The notes under the pieces: model-generated
What the model saw: only the letters and a program-made list of their open reading frames with translations
What the model was told of the DNA's origin: nothing
Database searches by the model: none
Part shown: positions 8,720 to 18,425 of the stretch, in pieces
Layout of the letters: every line of letters starts with the position of its first letter
Numbering within the stretch: position 1 is the stretch's first letter
Sequence record: JAIUNF010000010.1
Reading direction: 5' to 3' (one strand)
DNA length: 32,000 nt
Position numbers and translations under genes: made by a program

Positions 8720-9290
8720 TTTATGTTCTCTTTTTTTTACTATTTCCGAAACTAAGCATCAATCTTTAAAATCTAAAGATTTTACACCTAATATTGGATT
8801 ATTAATAAAAAAAGGTATTATAATTTCAGTAATATCAGAAAACTTAGTAACTTTAAAATCCACTGTATTTTCTTTTTTTCTTAAATAACAATGCCCACAA
8901 TTTAAATAATCTTTAATTGCAATTAACAATACCTCATCTTTTTCATGCTGAGTTATTTTAAATAGAAGAGACTTCAAAATACCATTATCTAAAGAAACAG
9001 AGAAATTACCTTCACCTGATGTAAATCCAGATATTCACTGTGTATGTGGAATTACGCAAGGTTCTCTTAAAGGACGGGCAACTGGAATAGTTTCAGGAAA
9101 CATTAATTGTAATTCTTTTGATAAACCGAAATTTAAAGTTGCTTTTAAATTAATAATTCTTTGTAAACCTTTAGGAGTCAAATGTTCTTTTAATTGGATA
9201 ATAGAAACAATTTGTTTAAATAATAGATAATCCCCTTTTTTTCTAGTAATTAAAGGATACTTATCAAAAAATTTCATTAATTCTATTATC

Positions 9291-9339
9291 TCCCCCTCGG
9301 CCTCGGCACAGGACTGTGCAGCGAGTCCTGGGCCTGAGG
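9291..9339. repeat. GC-rich palindromic cluster
   Basis: The hairpin CAGGACTGTGCAGCGAGTCCTG is nested in CCTCGGCCTCGG...GGCCTGAGG. The insertion shifts the frame of the host LAGLIDADG ORF. Confidence 0.7.
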
Positions 9340-9617
9340 TTGCAATTTTCTGACTCTAAAAGTACATGTAGATTGGCTATTATCTACAGTCCCAATATTA
9401 CCTAAACTATGTTGAATTCCTAATATCACAGAAAAATCCTTAACATGGAGTTTAATTTGGAAAACAGGTTGAATTTATCAACCTGCTTTATATTTAGGTT
9501 TTTTGGACATATTACACATAAAACAACCCTCAGCGTCGGTAAACCCTGTTATAAATCAAGGATCTACTTGTGCGAAGCGTTCGTCGATTTTTTTTTGGAA
9601 TGTTGAATAATTACTTA

Positions 9618-9685
9618 CCCTTTCCCCTTCCCCCTCTTCCCCGTAGGGGGATCCGGGGGAAGAGGGGGAAGAGGGGGGATCAGGG
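9618..9685. repeat. GC cluster of the CCCCTCTTCCCC/GGGGAAGAGGGG family
   Basis: The sequence is CCCTTTCCCCTTCCCCCTCTTCCCCGTAGGGGGATCCGGGGGAAGAGGGGGAAGAGGGGGGATCAGGG. It generates the spurious Pro/Gly-rich track ORF 9615-9803. Confidence 0.75.
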
Positions 9686-10054
9686 TTAAAGAATTAACTT
9701 TTAAAGAATTAGGGTTGCGAACAACCTTTCCAATTAATGGTGAATCGTGGTTATTTTTAACATAGAATTTATGATAACTTATTTCTAAGCAAATAGAACA
9801 CACCTTAAATATTTACAATAATATTATAAATACCTATAGCCGTCTGCTCGTTGCTCTTTTACAGTATTATAAATATTTAATACTGACTTAGATACGCGAT
9901 TGTCCATTTCTCAGAGCTTAACCCTCTGATCATCTTATAACTTATTACTATACCTGAATAATTACTTCAGCCACTTAAGTACTTTCGTACCTAGTTTAGT
10001 ATTATAAGCTTTAGGAGTTTCCCGTAGTTTGACTATATCCACCCTATGGACATA

Positions 10055-10201
10055 AGGTATAACACCATAACCTAATAGTGCAAAAACTAAAGTAATAACA
10101 GGACCTAGAAAAAATAAAACGATGTTAGCTTGTGTAGGTGCTACATATTCTTTTAATAATAATTTTAAAGCATCAGCAAAAGCTTGTAATAATCCGTAGT
10201 A
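10055..10201 (-). CDS. nad1: NADH dehydrogenase subunit 1, exon 2
   Basis: The exon reads YYGLLQAFADALKLLLKEYVAPTQANIVLFFLGPVITLVFALLGYGVIP (49 codons). The preceding intron ends in G (complement of 10202). Confidence 0.9.
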
Positions 10202-10776
10202 CGAATACATCTTACTTTATCCATTTATTAAGTTTCACTAAATAATACAGGAAGAGATTGTAAGACTTTCTCCCTAAATAGCAGCATGGTGCTATCCATT
10301 TAACAGGTATAAAAATTATACCCTGTATTTTTTCAAATAGGGTCTGACTATATCTTAAGCATTATTAATAATAATAACACCCATCACCATTTAGCCGATG
10401 AACTGCACACCTTTTTAATAAAGGTGCTTGGCTGCGGATAGCCTATTTCCTTTCGTGCATCTATTTTGATTTTACTATACCTCGAGTCATTACCTGAGCC
10501 ACATATTAGTTACCTAATATGTTTAGTAAAAATAGCTTTTAAGGGTTCCCCGCAATTTGACGATGTTTAGCAAAAGGTTCACTTCTGCTTTGGCCAAGTA
10601 AAGTATCTCACTCTCTACTTATATTTTTTTGGCTATAAAACTAGAGCGCTACACTATAAAAATAAAATCCTTTATATTCTTTATTGCTATCCAAATAACT
10701 ACTTAGGGTTTTGGGCTTATCTTTAAATCTTTACTTGCTTCTAGTTTAGAAACATAACTAGGTTTATTATTATTTA

Positions 10777-12160
10777 TTAATATAAAGTTATCATTGACTT
10801 TTTTATAAGAGAAACAGTTACATTAACTTTTTTTTTGATATTATTTAATAATGATTCTTTTTGAAGTTTGGTCAATTCTTGGCTAAATAATAATACTAAT
10901 TTTCCACCCTTTATGCTAGCTAATTCAGTATCTAAATTATTTAGTATAGATCTGTAATCAACATTAAAAAATTCAGCAGCTTTTTGCATACTGGTAAAAG
11001 GATCTCACATTAACTCTAAGGTTGAAGCATTGTAAACTCATACCTTACAGTTATTATATTTTCTTAATGTAGATATTTCTTTTAGTTTTTCTAATTCTAA
11101 ACTATCTAACTCGTAACTAAATAAATAATTTCCATTTATACCACCCTTAATTCACTTATCTAAGTGATTATTTATAGTTATATGTTGTACATTTAATAAT
11201 TTAGCTACTTTACCTATAGATGCATGTTTAGTTTTTACTACAACTCCTTCTTTATCTAAGTAATACATTCAAACATTTTTAGCTATAGTACGATCTAAAT
11301 CTAAACCTAATATAGCATCACTCACTAGTTTTTCAACTAACTCGAGAGATTCTATTTTATCTGCCCTTCGGCCTAGGCCCAAGGGACCTAGTCCTGTATA
11401 TTTTAATTTCTTTTTTTTTCACTTTAATATTATTAAAGATTGTAATATAATTAAAAAAGAAATTAAAATAAAGAAAGGTTAAAAATAGATTGTTTTTATA
11501 TGGAACATATGTGTTCAAATATACATTTATAGTTTCCCTGGCAACACCTAAATAAATAGCTAATTCATTAATACTAGTAAATGTTTTATAAGAAGCATTT
11601 AGTTTTTAGCCCTCGCACACTTCCGCAGCCAAGCTGCTCAAGGAGTGTGCGGGGCAACGAAGTAGTAGAATTAATGTGTTCGTAAAGATATATATTAATT
11701 CCTTGATATTTATTTTCAAAGTTTGATTGCAATTGTCTAAGTTTAAGTATTTCATATAAAGACTCAAAAGTTTGTGCACTACTTAAATTACTTTTGAATA
11801 TAGTATTCAAAAGAGGCAAGTATTTTTTTTTCCGTAGGAAACGAAAAAAAAAATTCTCTCTTTCTTTTTGCATATCTAGGGTGACAACCCTTGATAACAG
11901 AAAAATTGAATTTATCTCACCCAATAGTTCTAGCAAACACATGAAATCTATCGTTTAGATTGATATTAAAGTGAGTTTTAAGTCTTTTTCATGCCCGGAG
12001 GGCAATAAATCTTTAGCTCTACCAATATAGAAAATATTCGGATTTTTTTCATAGTTTCGAACCGCACCTAGCGGTGCTGAAACTTTATATCCTTTCAGGA
12101 TAAAGGAGGCCGAGTAAACACGTATATTCCACCTTTACCCGCTAAATCCTTAAAAAAGCA
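10777..12160 (-). pseudogene. GIY-YIG homing endonuclease remnant
   Basis: The N-terminal motifs GKGGIYVFT and NIFYIGRAKDL are in different frames, separated by a GC insert (about 12058-12085). No ATG is present. The middle part is full of stops and GC clusters. The C-terminal roughly 200 codons (about 11390-10777) are open under code 4 and carry two helix-turn-helix-like modules (SIGKVAKLLNVQHITINNHL and SMQKAAEFFNVDYRSILNNL). Confidence 0.65.
11363..11396. repeat. GC cluster, GGCCTAGGCCCA...GGACCTAGTCCTG family
   Basis: The sequence is CCTTCGGCCTAGGCCCAAGGGACCTAGTCCTG. A near-identical copy lies in inverted orientation at 16004-16045. Confidence 0.75.
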
Positions 12161-12350
12161 CTAAGAGCAGTTCTTGACATTAAATCTTCACAAACACCTA
12201 CTACGTTTTCCTCAAAAGGAATTAAAGGGGGCTTGACGGTTTTTATATAATGCTTCTATAGCTTTTATCATAGCCTATTATAATACCATAGTCAGGTATT
12301 ATATAATAATATTACTTGCGACATTATCAATTCATACTACATACACGGTT

Positions 12351-13290
12351 CTAAACACCTCTTCCTTTATTCATACCAGCTTTAATTTGATTTATTTGAT
12401 TTAAACCATCTAAAGTTCTATGTTTTTTATCTTTCATTAGTAAAGCTACCTTACAGAAATCCGTGAAATCTTGAGACTTTATACCAATAATAAGATATTT
12501 TTCAAAAAAAGGTATAATTTTTTCAGTTACATCTGAGTATTTTACTACACAGTAGTCTACCGCCTTTCTGGTTTTAATTGAATAAATATTACCACAGCCT
12601 AAATAATTAACTATACTTCTCATTAATTCTTCATCTCTGCTGTGTTGAGTTACTTTAAATATCAACTTGACCTGGTATCCCACTGAAACCTCTTTAGATT
12701 TAATCGTATTAATAAAAAAAACAACCTTCAGCTGAAGTAAAGCCTGCTAATCACTGAGGGTCTCTAATATATTGATTTATTATAAGAGGCCTTTCTACAG
12801 GAAGAGTTTCAGGGAATGCTGCTTTTAATTCATCGGATATTCCTAAATTTAGACTAGCACGACGATTTATAATTGCTTTTAACCCTGTCGGAGTTAAGTG
12901 CTCCTTTCGTTCAATAATCATAACTATTTTACGTCAAAGTATAAAATCCGCCTGTTTTTGAGTTATTAAGGGATATTGATCCAAATGATTTATAAGAACC
13001 AAGAATCCCTTCATCGATGATATACGAAATCGTATACCGTCTAACCCATCAGGAGCAATATCTCCTACTCCCTAGTAACTTTGGATTGCTTTTAATATCA
13101 TTTGATCTTTTTTATGTAAACTAATCTTAAATGAAACTAGTACAGTTCATCCTGTATGATACAATGGTGATTTAATAATTTGAACTCCGAATGAACCCTC
13201 TCCGTCTATGAAACCTGTTATTCACTCAGGAGTTAATGAAATAAAGGTAGGTCTACTTAAAGAACCGTAGAATCTAGAGATAATTAAATT
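12351..13290 (-). pseudogene. double-motif LAGLIDADG homing endonuclease with an in-frame TAG and a frame break
   Basis: Motifs ITGFIDGEGSF and LAGFTSAEGCF are present. TAG at 13072-13074 falls within KAIQSY-TAG-GVGDI. The frame changes in the 8-nt A run at 12714-12721 (a T run on the coding strand). The ORF ends ...IKAGMNKGRGV with TAG at 12351-12353. Confidence 0.7.
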
Positions 13291-13366
13291 TTTTAATGTG
13301 TAACCTGATAAGTTAATATTATTATTAATTGCCCTGACAAGAGGGTAACTAGTTGTACAATAAAAT

Positions 13367-13435
13367 CTAGTCCCCTCCGGGCCTTGCCACGGATGCGGGA
13401 CAAGCCCGCCCGTACCCCAAAGGGGTTAGGGCTAG
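13367..13435. repeat. CTAG-bounded GC-rich cluster at the 5' end of nad1-i1
   Basis: The sequence is CTAGTCCCCTCCGGGCCTTGCCACGGATGCGGGACAAGCCCGCCCGTACCCCAAAGGGGTTAGGGCTAG. Its terminal architecture matches the element at 8650-8719. Confidence 0.65.
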
Positions 13436-13460
13436 TTTGTAATTTTAATAAAATATTTTG

Positions 13461-13604
13461 ACCAACTGCATTAGGACCTAATCTTCTTTGCATACTTGCC
13501 ATGGTTTTTCTTTCAGCTACAGTAACATAAGCTACACTAAGTAAGGCAGGAACAATAACTAAAAGAACTTCGACTATCGATATAACAGTAGGTATATATA
13601 ACAT
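13461..13604 (-). CDS. nad1: NADH dehydrogenase subunit 1, exon 1
   Basis: The exon reads MLYIPTVISIVEVLLVIVPALLSVAYVTVAERKTMASMQRRLGPNAVG (48 codons). It ends in T. Confidence 0.9.
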
Positions 13605-13886
13605 TGTAAATAAAAAGAATGAAATTTATTTATTAATTATGCATAACTATGTGGAATAATCAATATAAATGAAAAATAAACATATAACTAATAAGATCAC
13701 TTATCCTTCCTCTTCCTAATACCACTTCATGATAAAGAGATCAAGAAAAGGAGCTTCAAAAAACAAATTAGAACTTTAAAATATATTTATTTGTTATAAA
13801 ATAAAATGTATAAACCCTAGTTCCTCAGCGAGAACTTGAAATCTTACCCTGTATTTTGAATTAACGGCTTTAGATTAAGGTTAGAC

Positions 13887-13957
13887 ATTCTCATTTTAGA
13901 CTCGAACTAAAATTTGGATATTAGAAGTATCCTGCTCTACCTTTGAGCTAATGAGAA
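13887..13957 (-). tRNA. trnR: tRNA-Arg (anticodon UCU)
   Basis: The minus strand folds as TTCTCAT-TA-GCTC-AAAGGTA-GAGC-A-GGATA-CTTCTAA-TATCC-AAAT-TTTAG-TTCGAGT-CTAAA-ATGAGAA-T. All four stems are perfect. It sits in the expected position between cox1 and nad1. Confidence 0.9.
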
Positions 13958-14184
13958 TTATTACTCTTAAGGAGTAACACCAAAGATTAATATATTACTA
14001 ATAAAAAAAATATTATATAAATACCCACAAAGTACCCTTGATCGTTTCAGTGATAAAAAGGCGGGTGGAACATGGGGGGAAAGGAAAGGAGCTGCTAGGG
14101 GGTAAGGGAAATGGGAGAGGTTCCTGCATAAAAAAGTAAGTTATTTCTTAGGTTTTGCATCTAATACTTCAGCTACCTTTTTTT

Positions 14185-15063
14185 TTAAATATTCTTCTTC
14201 CTTATTGAAAACCTGTTTTGCTTCAATGTAATCCTTGTTGATGAATTTTTTAAAGTTGGATCCTTAGAATAATAACTTATTTTAAAACTAGCACGAAAAA
14301 TATTTTCTGCTTTGTTCACAATAGAAGTATTTTTATTACGGAAAGCGTTAGTTTCATCAAAAAATTCTTTAAAAAAAAGTCTTACATCAGCACCTTCTTT
14401 ATCTAACTTTTCAGTTAACTTATCTATTTTAGAGTTATAGTTATCTATGTTATCTAAAAGAGTATCCTGAATATTTTTCATTTGTTTTCAATCATCGTAG
14501 TTCAGAATATTCATATTCTGATTCATGTTACTTATTCAAAACATTCTCTGCTGAAGAACTCTTGTAGTTGCTTGCGATCCTGTTTTAAGAATATCACCAA
14601 AAGGGCCATAAAGTTCAGGTGCACCCAAACCTATAGGTATACTGTTTCATTTTTTTAATACATTCACCTTTTGTTCATTATCAATTAGATAGATGTATGT
14701 GGCATCTCCTGCTCCTTCAATTACCTTTTTTAAATCCGGCATTTCCGCAGCCAATTTAGCATCCACAAGAGGATCTCCTCTTGTCGCTTCTCTTGTCGCC
14801 TTAGAATTTAAACCTTTATTTGAATCTAAACTTGAATTTTCAGCCATTAAAATACTACCTCCTTGACTATTTATTTCATTGTTACCAATATTTATAGGTT
14901 GTTTAAACAAATCAGGAAAATAGGTATCAGCTATACTTTTACCTAAACAACCTCCTAGACCACCTGTAAATATAATTTCTATTATATACTTGTGGTTTTT
15001 TATATCATCTGCGGTTAATAAATGCTCACCTCCTATTTCCCCTACAGACATAAGAGAATTCAT
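14185..15063 (-). CDS. hypothetical protein orf292
   Basis: Track ORFs 14647-15063 and 14185-14481 are in the same frame. They join through three TGA=Trp codons (...VNVLKKWNSIPIGLGAPELYGPFGDILKTGSQATTRVLQQRMFWISNMNQNMNILNYDDWKQMKNIQDT...). The composition is not simply AT-driven (many G, A, D and E residues). No family recognised. Confidence 0.5.
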
Positions 15064-15247
15064 TAAGAATTCACCTATAAAAGGAAAGTTGCTTATTAAC
15101 TGCTGAAAAAAAAAAAAGAAAGTTCATATATCAAATAATCAACAATGATATATGGATTTAAACAATATAATAAAAGGTAAAATTAAAAAAAAATATCTAA
15201 GAATATTTATACCTAATTTTTTAAAAAAAAACTTTAAAGAGATTAAA

Positions 15248-15577
15248 TTAGTCTTGATTCGTTTTTAAAAATGAACTTTGTAAAGGTAAACTCACGAAAG
15301 CGTGAGGTTTAGGTGGACTACTTAAAGCTCATTCTAAACTAGGGTAACTTCTATTTAATAAAGCTTGTAAAGTATCTGTGTAGAATTGAGGTATCATTCA
15401 TGGGAATCTACTTGCAGATTTTCCTTCTACTAATTGAGCGTAAACTATATATAAAAATAATCAAGCAGCCACTACAGATACAATAGATCCAAAACTACTA
15501 ATTAAATTTCAACCTGCAAAAGCATCAGGGTAATCGCTAATTCTTCTAGGCATACCTTGTAAACCTAAGAAATGTTG
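15248..15577 (-). CDS. cox1: cytochrome c oxidase subunit 1, last exon
   Basis: The exon reads [109 protein letters not shown]. It ends at TAA 15248-15250. Confidence 0.9.
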
Positions 15578-15610
15578 CTATTCTTTTAATAGGCGTACGT
15601 ATTAAATTAA

Positions 15611-16843
15611 TTAGATTTTATCTTTATAACTATATATTTTACCATTATGTGAATTTCCTTTTTCTATTAAACTTTTTAACGTATAAAAATTAACTTTAGC
15701 ATATTTTAAAGCTTTAGATACACCATAAAATTGAGCTAAATTTTCTTTAGTATTACTATCAAATACATAAATTGTTTTTCGAAATGAAACATCCTTAGAT
15801 AATAGTAAAAAGTCCTCATACTCACCTTTAGCAATAGCGGTTCTCGCTACTTTACCATCAATTTGGAAATATCTAGCCATTTCTCTACCAGATTTAAATT
15901 CTACTACTACTTCATTATCTTTATTGTAAACAATAACATGTTTACGGAGTTGACTATCCCCTGCGGGTTTTTCTTGATATTCGCAAAAATCTTCTTCAAC
16001 CTTTCGGCCCAGGACTAGGTCCTTTATGGGCCTAGGCCGGAGGGGTAAAGATTCAAAAGATAAGATAAGATTTGAGTGCTGCGTGACAAAAATATATTTA
16101 TTATTAATATAATCGAATAAAGTACTATGACTTATTTGTAAACCTTTTAAAGCTCTATTAATTGAAGAATAAACAATAGGATGTTCGTGTGGTGAAGCAA
16201 TATCATATACAAAAACTAAAAAGCAATAATATTTATTATCCGCATCTTCAGGTTTATAATTTAAACCGTTAGCTATTTTAAAAGTTTTAAGAAATACATT
16301 TATTCTATTATATCCTTCGGTTCCAATAGTAAATAATGATAACAAATTTTCAATAGTTGCAATAGCACCATTCAAATTATTACCTCACTGAGGGTTTATC
16401 CGCGGAATTACATTTAAATTGCTATTAATAGTAGGTTTAAATTTGATTATTGCATATTGTTCATAAACTAAGGAAGTTTGAGGAGCAGTAATATATAAAA
16501 ACTCCAAATTTCAATTTAAAGCTGAAGTTTTAGATATTTCTAATTCTGAAGATGAATGAGGTTTACGTAAACCTATAGTTAGTTTATTATATTCCTCCAT
16601 TCTTCTAGCTAAATTATTAGAACTACCTATATAAAAAGAATTAAGATCATTTTTATTTGTTAATTTATAAACTCCAGAAACCCCTAAATATTTGAACTTA
16701 ATTTGTTCACATGCTTGTTCAAGAGAATCAAATTTAATAGATTCAATAATATCCGGGTTATCTATATTAAATAAATTTTTGTCCGCAGAATCGGTAGAAT
16801 AGAAACGCTTAGATAAGCTTAATCTCTGTATTTTAGGACTCAA
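15611..16843 (-). CDS. GIY-YIG homing endonuclease (about 410 codons under code 4)
   Basis: The motif GVSGVYKLTNKNDLNSFYIGSSNNLARRMEEY is present. The two track ORFs join in frame through TGA codons. A GC cluster at 16004-16045 is read in frame (SLPLRPRPIKDLVLGRKVEE). The start codon is uncertain. Confidence 0.8.
16004..16045. repeat. GC cluster, inverted copy of the 11363-11396 element
   Basis: Its reverse complement is CCCCTCCGGCCTAGGCCCATAAAGGACCTAGTCCTGGGCC. This shares the GGCCTAGGCCCA...GGACCTAGTCCTG core. Confidence 0.75.
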
Positions 16844-17147
16844 GTTATATGAACTAGATGATAAAGATTTAGGTAAATCTAGTCAAGATAAAATAATACT
16901 TATTAGTCACTATTTTATTTAGATCATATCACTATCCTTATTAAAAATTCATTTAGTTTTAAATTGAGGATACTTGGCGTTTGATCGTTGAAGCTGCTTT
17001 CTTTATACTATAAAGAAAGATTGCCTGCTGATTAGATATAAAGGAGGGATTAAACCACCAGATCGTCCTTCCAGCAATTTGCCAAGTTTTATGGAAAAAC
17101 TTTTCCAGTATTACTCTACATAATTTCTAATGTAGGCCCCCAACCAG

Positions 17148-17166
17148 AGGGAAGAATGTAAGATTA
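17148..17166 (-). CDS. cox1: cox1 19-nt micro-exon
   Basis: T AAT CTT ACA TTC TTC CCT encodes (V)NLTFFP. This supplies exactly the residues missing between ...LLFIGV and [12 protein letters not shown]. It is preceded by G and ends in T. Confidence 0.75.
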
Positions 17167-18256
17167 CATGTGTGGACTATATCTTGATTCTTGAAGATAA
17201 ATATCTTCAAGAATCTCCTTCGTGTAGTCTCTGAGGATCCTACTCATAACATAGATGGTTATTTTGGTTTCCTGCTGATTGTCTAGATACACTTAAGATT
17301 TTTACTTAGGCGGAGCCCAAGTACTTAAGCTTTATGAGAGTTTCCAGCATATAGAAGGATTGGAAGGGGCTAATCGTACTTTTTTGTTTAGATTTTTTGT
17401 ATAGATTGCAATATTCATTCTTCACCATGAAGAATTACTCATTCTTTTGTATCAAGGTTTTTTTTTTTTAAAAGTTCATCGAACATTAAAATGTTGTTTA
17501 GCAGCATTGATAGACGGAAAAATTAATTCTTTATCTGTTTTATTATAACAAAAGACAAATTTACCTCCAATACCTGATTGTGGAGATAGATTACCTCTTA
17601 ATCCTTTACTAGTTCCTCAGGGCGAGGTACTTGTTTCCTCGCTCGGGGAACAAGTTTCCCCTCGCGGGAAACTAGGATGACTATTATTTGAATAAAATAA
17701 TTTTATTCCCTCACTAATAGCCTGTTTTGTTTCAACAGATGTAGTACTACCGAATTTAGGATGATTTTCTTTCTTGAGAATATATTTTAATTTATTAATG
17801 GTTTCAATACTATGTTTATAACCCGCTGAATTACCTGCAGTAGTTAAAACATTGTATTTAGGTTTATAGTAATCTATCCATTTTTGTTCTAAATCTAAAC
17901 ATATTTTAGGATTCTTATCACAAAATTCTTTAATTCCTAAAGAAAATTTATCCAATCCATATTTTTTCATTGCTCTAATAATAACTAACTGAGATGGTTT
18001 ATCAGAATTGTAATAATAAGAATAACTTACCATTCTTTTAGTTAAATTTATACTGCTACCTACATACAATTGATTTGTTTTATTATTAATAAAAACATAT
18101 ATACCTGCTTTTTTTCTTAGCTCTTTATATATATTTTTTTTACTTTCTTGAACATTCTCAAAAAACTTAATAAACTCTTCAGGGTTTAAAGGTGAATTAC
18201 CACCTTTAGAACTGTACAATCTACTGGTCTTTTCAAAAAGTCTTCCCGTTTGCCTA
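17167..18256 (-). mobile_element. group I intron cox1-I
   Basis: Core elements are P (17341-17354), Q (17271-17281), R CCTCAGAGACTAC (17224-17236) and S AAGATATAGTCC (17174-17185), all downstream of the ORF. Confidence 0.85.
17388..18256 (-). CDS. GIY-YIG homing endonuclease in frame with the upstream cox1 exon
   Basis: The motif GIYVFINNKTNQLYVGSSINLTKRMVSY is present. A GC cluster (about 17614-17676) is read in frame (HPSFPRGETCSPSEETSTSPW). The frame continues through TGA codons to ...GEEWILQSIQKI and TAA at 17388-17390. Confidence 0.8.
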
Positions 18257-18411
18257 ACCCCTATAAATAAAAGTCAGAATTGAACTTTAGATAATAACAT
18301 GTTGTAATTTAAACCCAATATTTTAGGTACTCAGAAGTATCAAGCCGAAAACATAGCAAACACAGCACCCATACTTAAAACATAATGAAAGTGAGCAACA
18401 ACATAGTAAGT
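18257..18411 (-). CDS. cox1: cox1 exon
   Basis: The exon reads [51 protein letters not shown](V). Confidence 0.9.
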
Positions 18412-18425
18412 CCCTATTGAATTAC

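Larger units (their letters stand above)
8588..9610 (-). pseudogene. LAGLIDADG homing endonuclease, interrupted
   Basis: Motifs FITGFTDAEGCF and ISGFTSGEGNF are present. There is an in-frame TAA at 9475-9477 (KYKAGW-TAA-IQPVFQIKLHVKD). The GC cluster at 9291-9339 shifts the frame between FRVRKLQ and EIIELMKFFDKYPLIT. The GC cluster at 8650-8719 is read through in frame. The ORF ends ...KIKEIKKGMNRGRSF with TAA at 8588-8590. Confidence 0.7.
8560..10054 (-). mobile_element. group I intron nad1-i2
   Basis: It lies between exon codons ...GYGVIP and YGPGLA. The 5' exon ends in T and the intron ends in G at 8560. The 5' part has a P-like AAACTACGGGAAACTCC, a Q-like CAATCGCGTATC and an R-like GAGCAACGAGCAGACGG. 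It contains a LAGLIDADG ORF. Confidence 0.75.
10202..13460 (-). mobile_element. group I intron nad1-i1 (3.26 kb) carrying two endonuclease genes
   Basis: The core is at the 3' end: P AAATTGCGGGGAA (10546-10558), a Q-like ATCCGCAGCC (about 10430), an R-like GTTCATCGGCTAAA (about 10395) and S AAGATATAGTC (10346-10356). It lies between ...RRLGPNAVG and YYGLLQ. Confidence 0.8.
15578..17147 (-). mobile_element. group I intron cox1-J
   Basis: On the minus strand there is a P AAATTGCTGGAAGG (about 17080), a Q CTAATCAGCAGGCAA (about 17025) and an R-like GCTTCAACGATCAAACG (about 16985). The 5' micro-exon ends in T and the intron ends in G at 15578. A GIY-YIG ORF lies downstream of R. Confidence 0.75.

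Noticed and set aside
9615-9803. Track ORF 9615-9803 (-) with a PPLPPLPPDPPTGKRGKGKG tail
   Set aside because: It is the translation of the G/C-tract palindrome cluster at 9618-9685 plus intron core sequence.
8560-10054. Group II intron identity for nad1-i2 and cox1-E, considered because their cores lack the usual TCAGAGACTACA motif
   Set aside because: There is no GTGCG 5' end and no domain V-like hairpin. Group I type P, Q and R blocks and LAGLIDADG cargo are present, and the junctions follow the rule that the exon ends in T and the intron ends in G.
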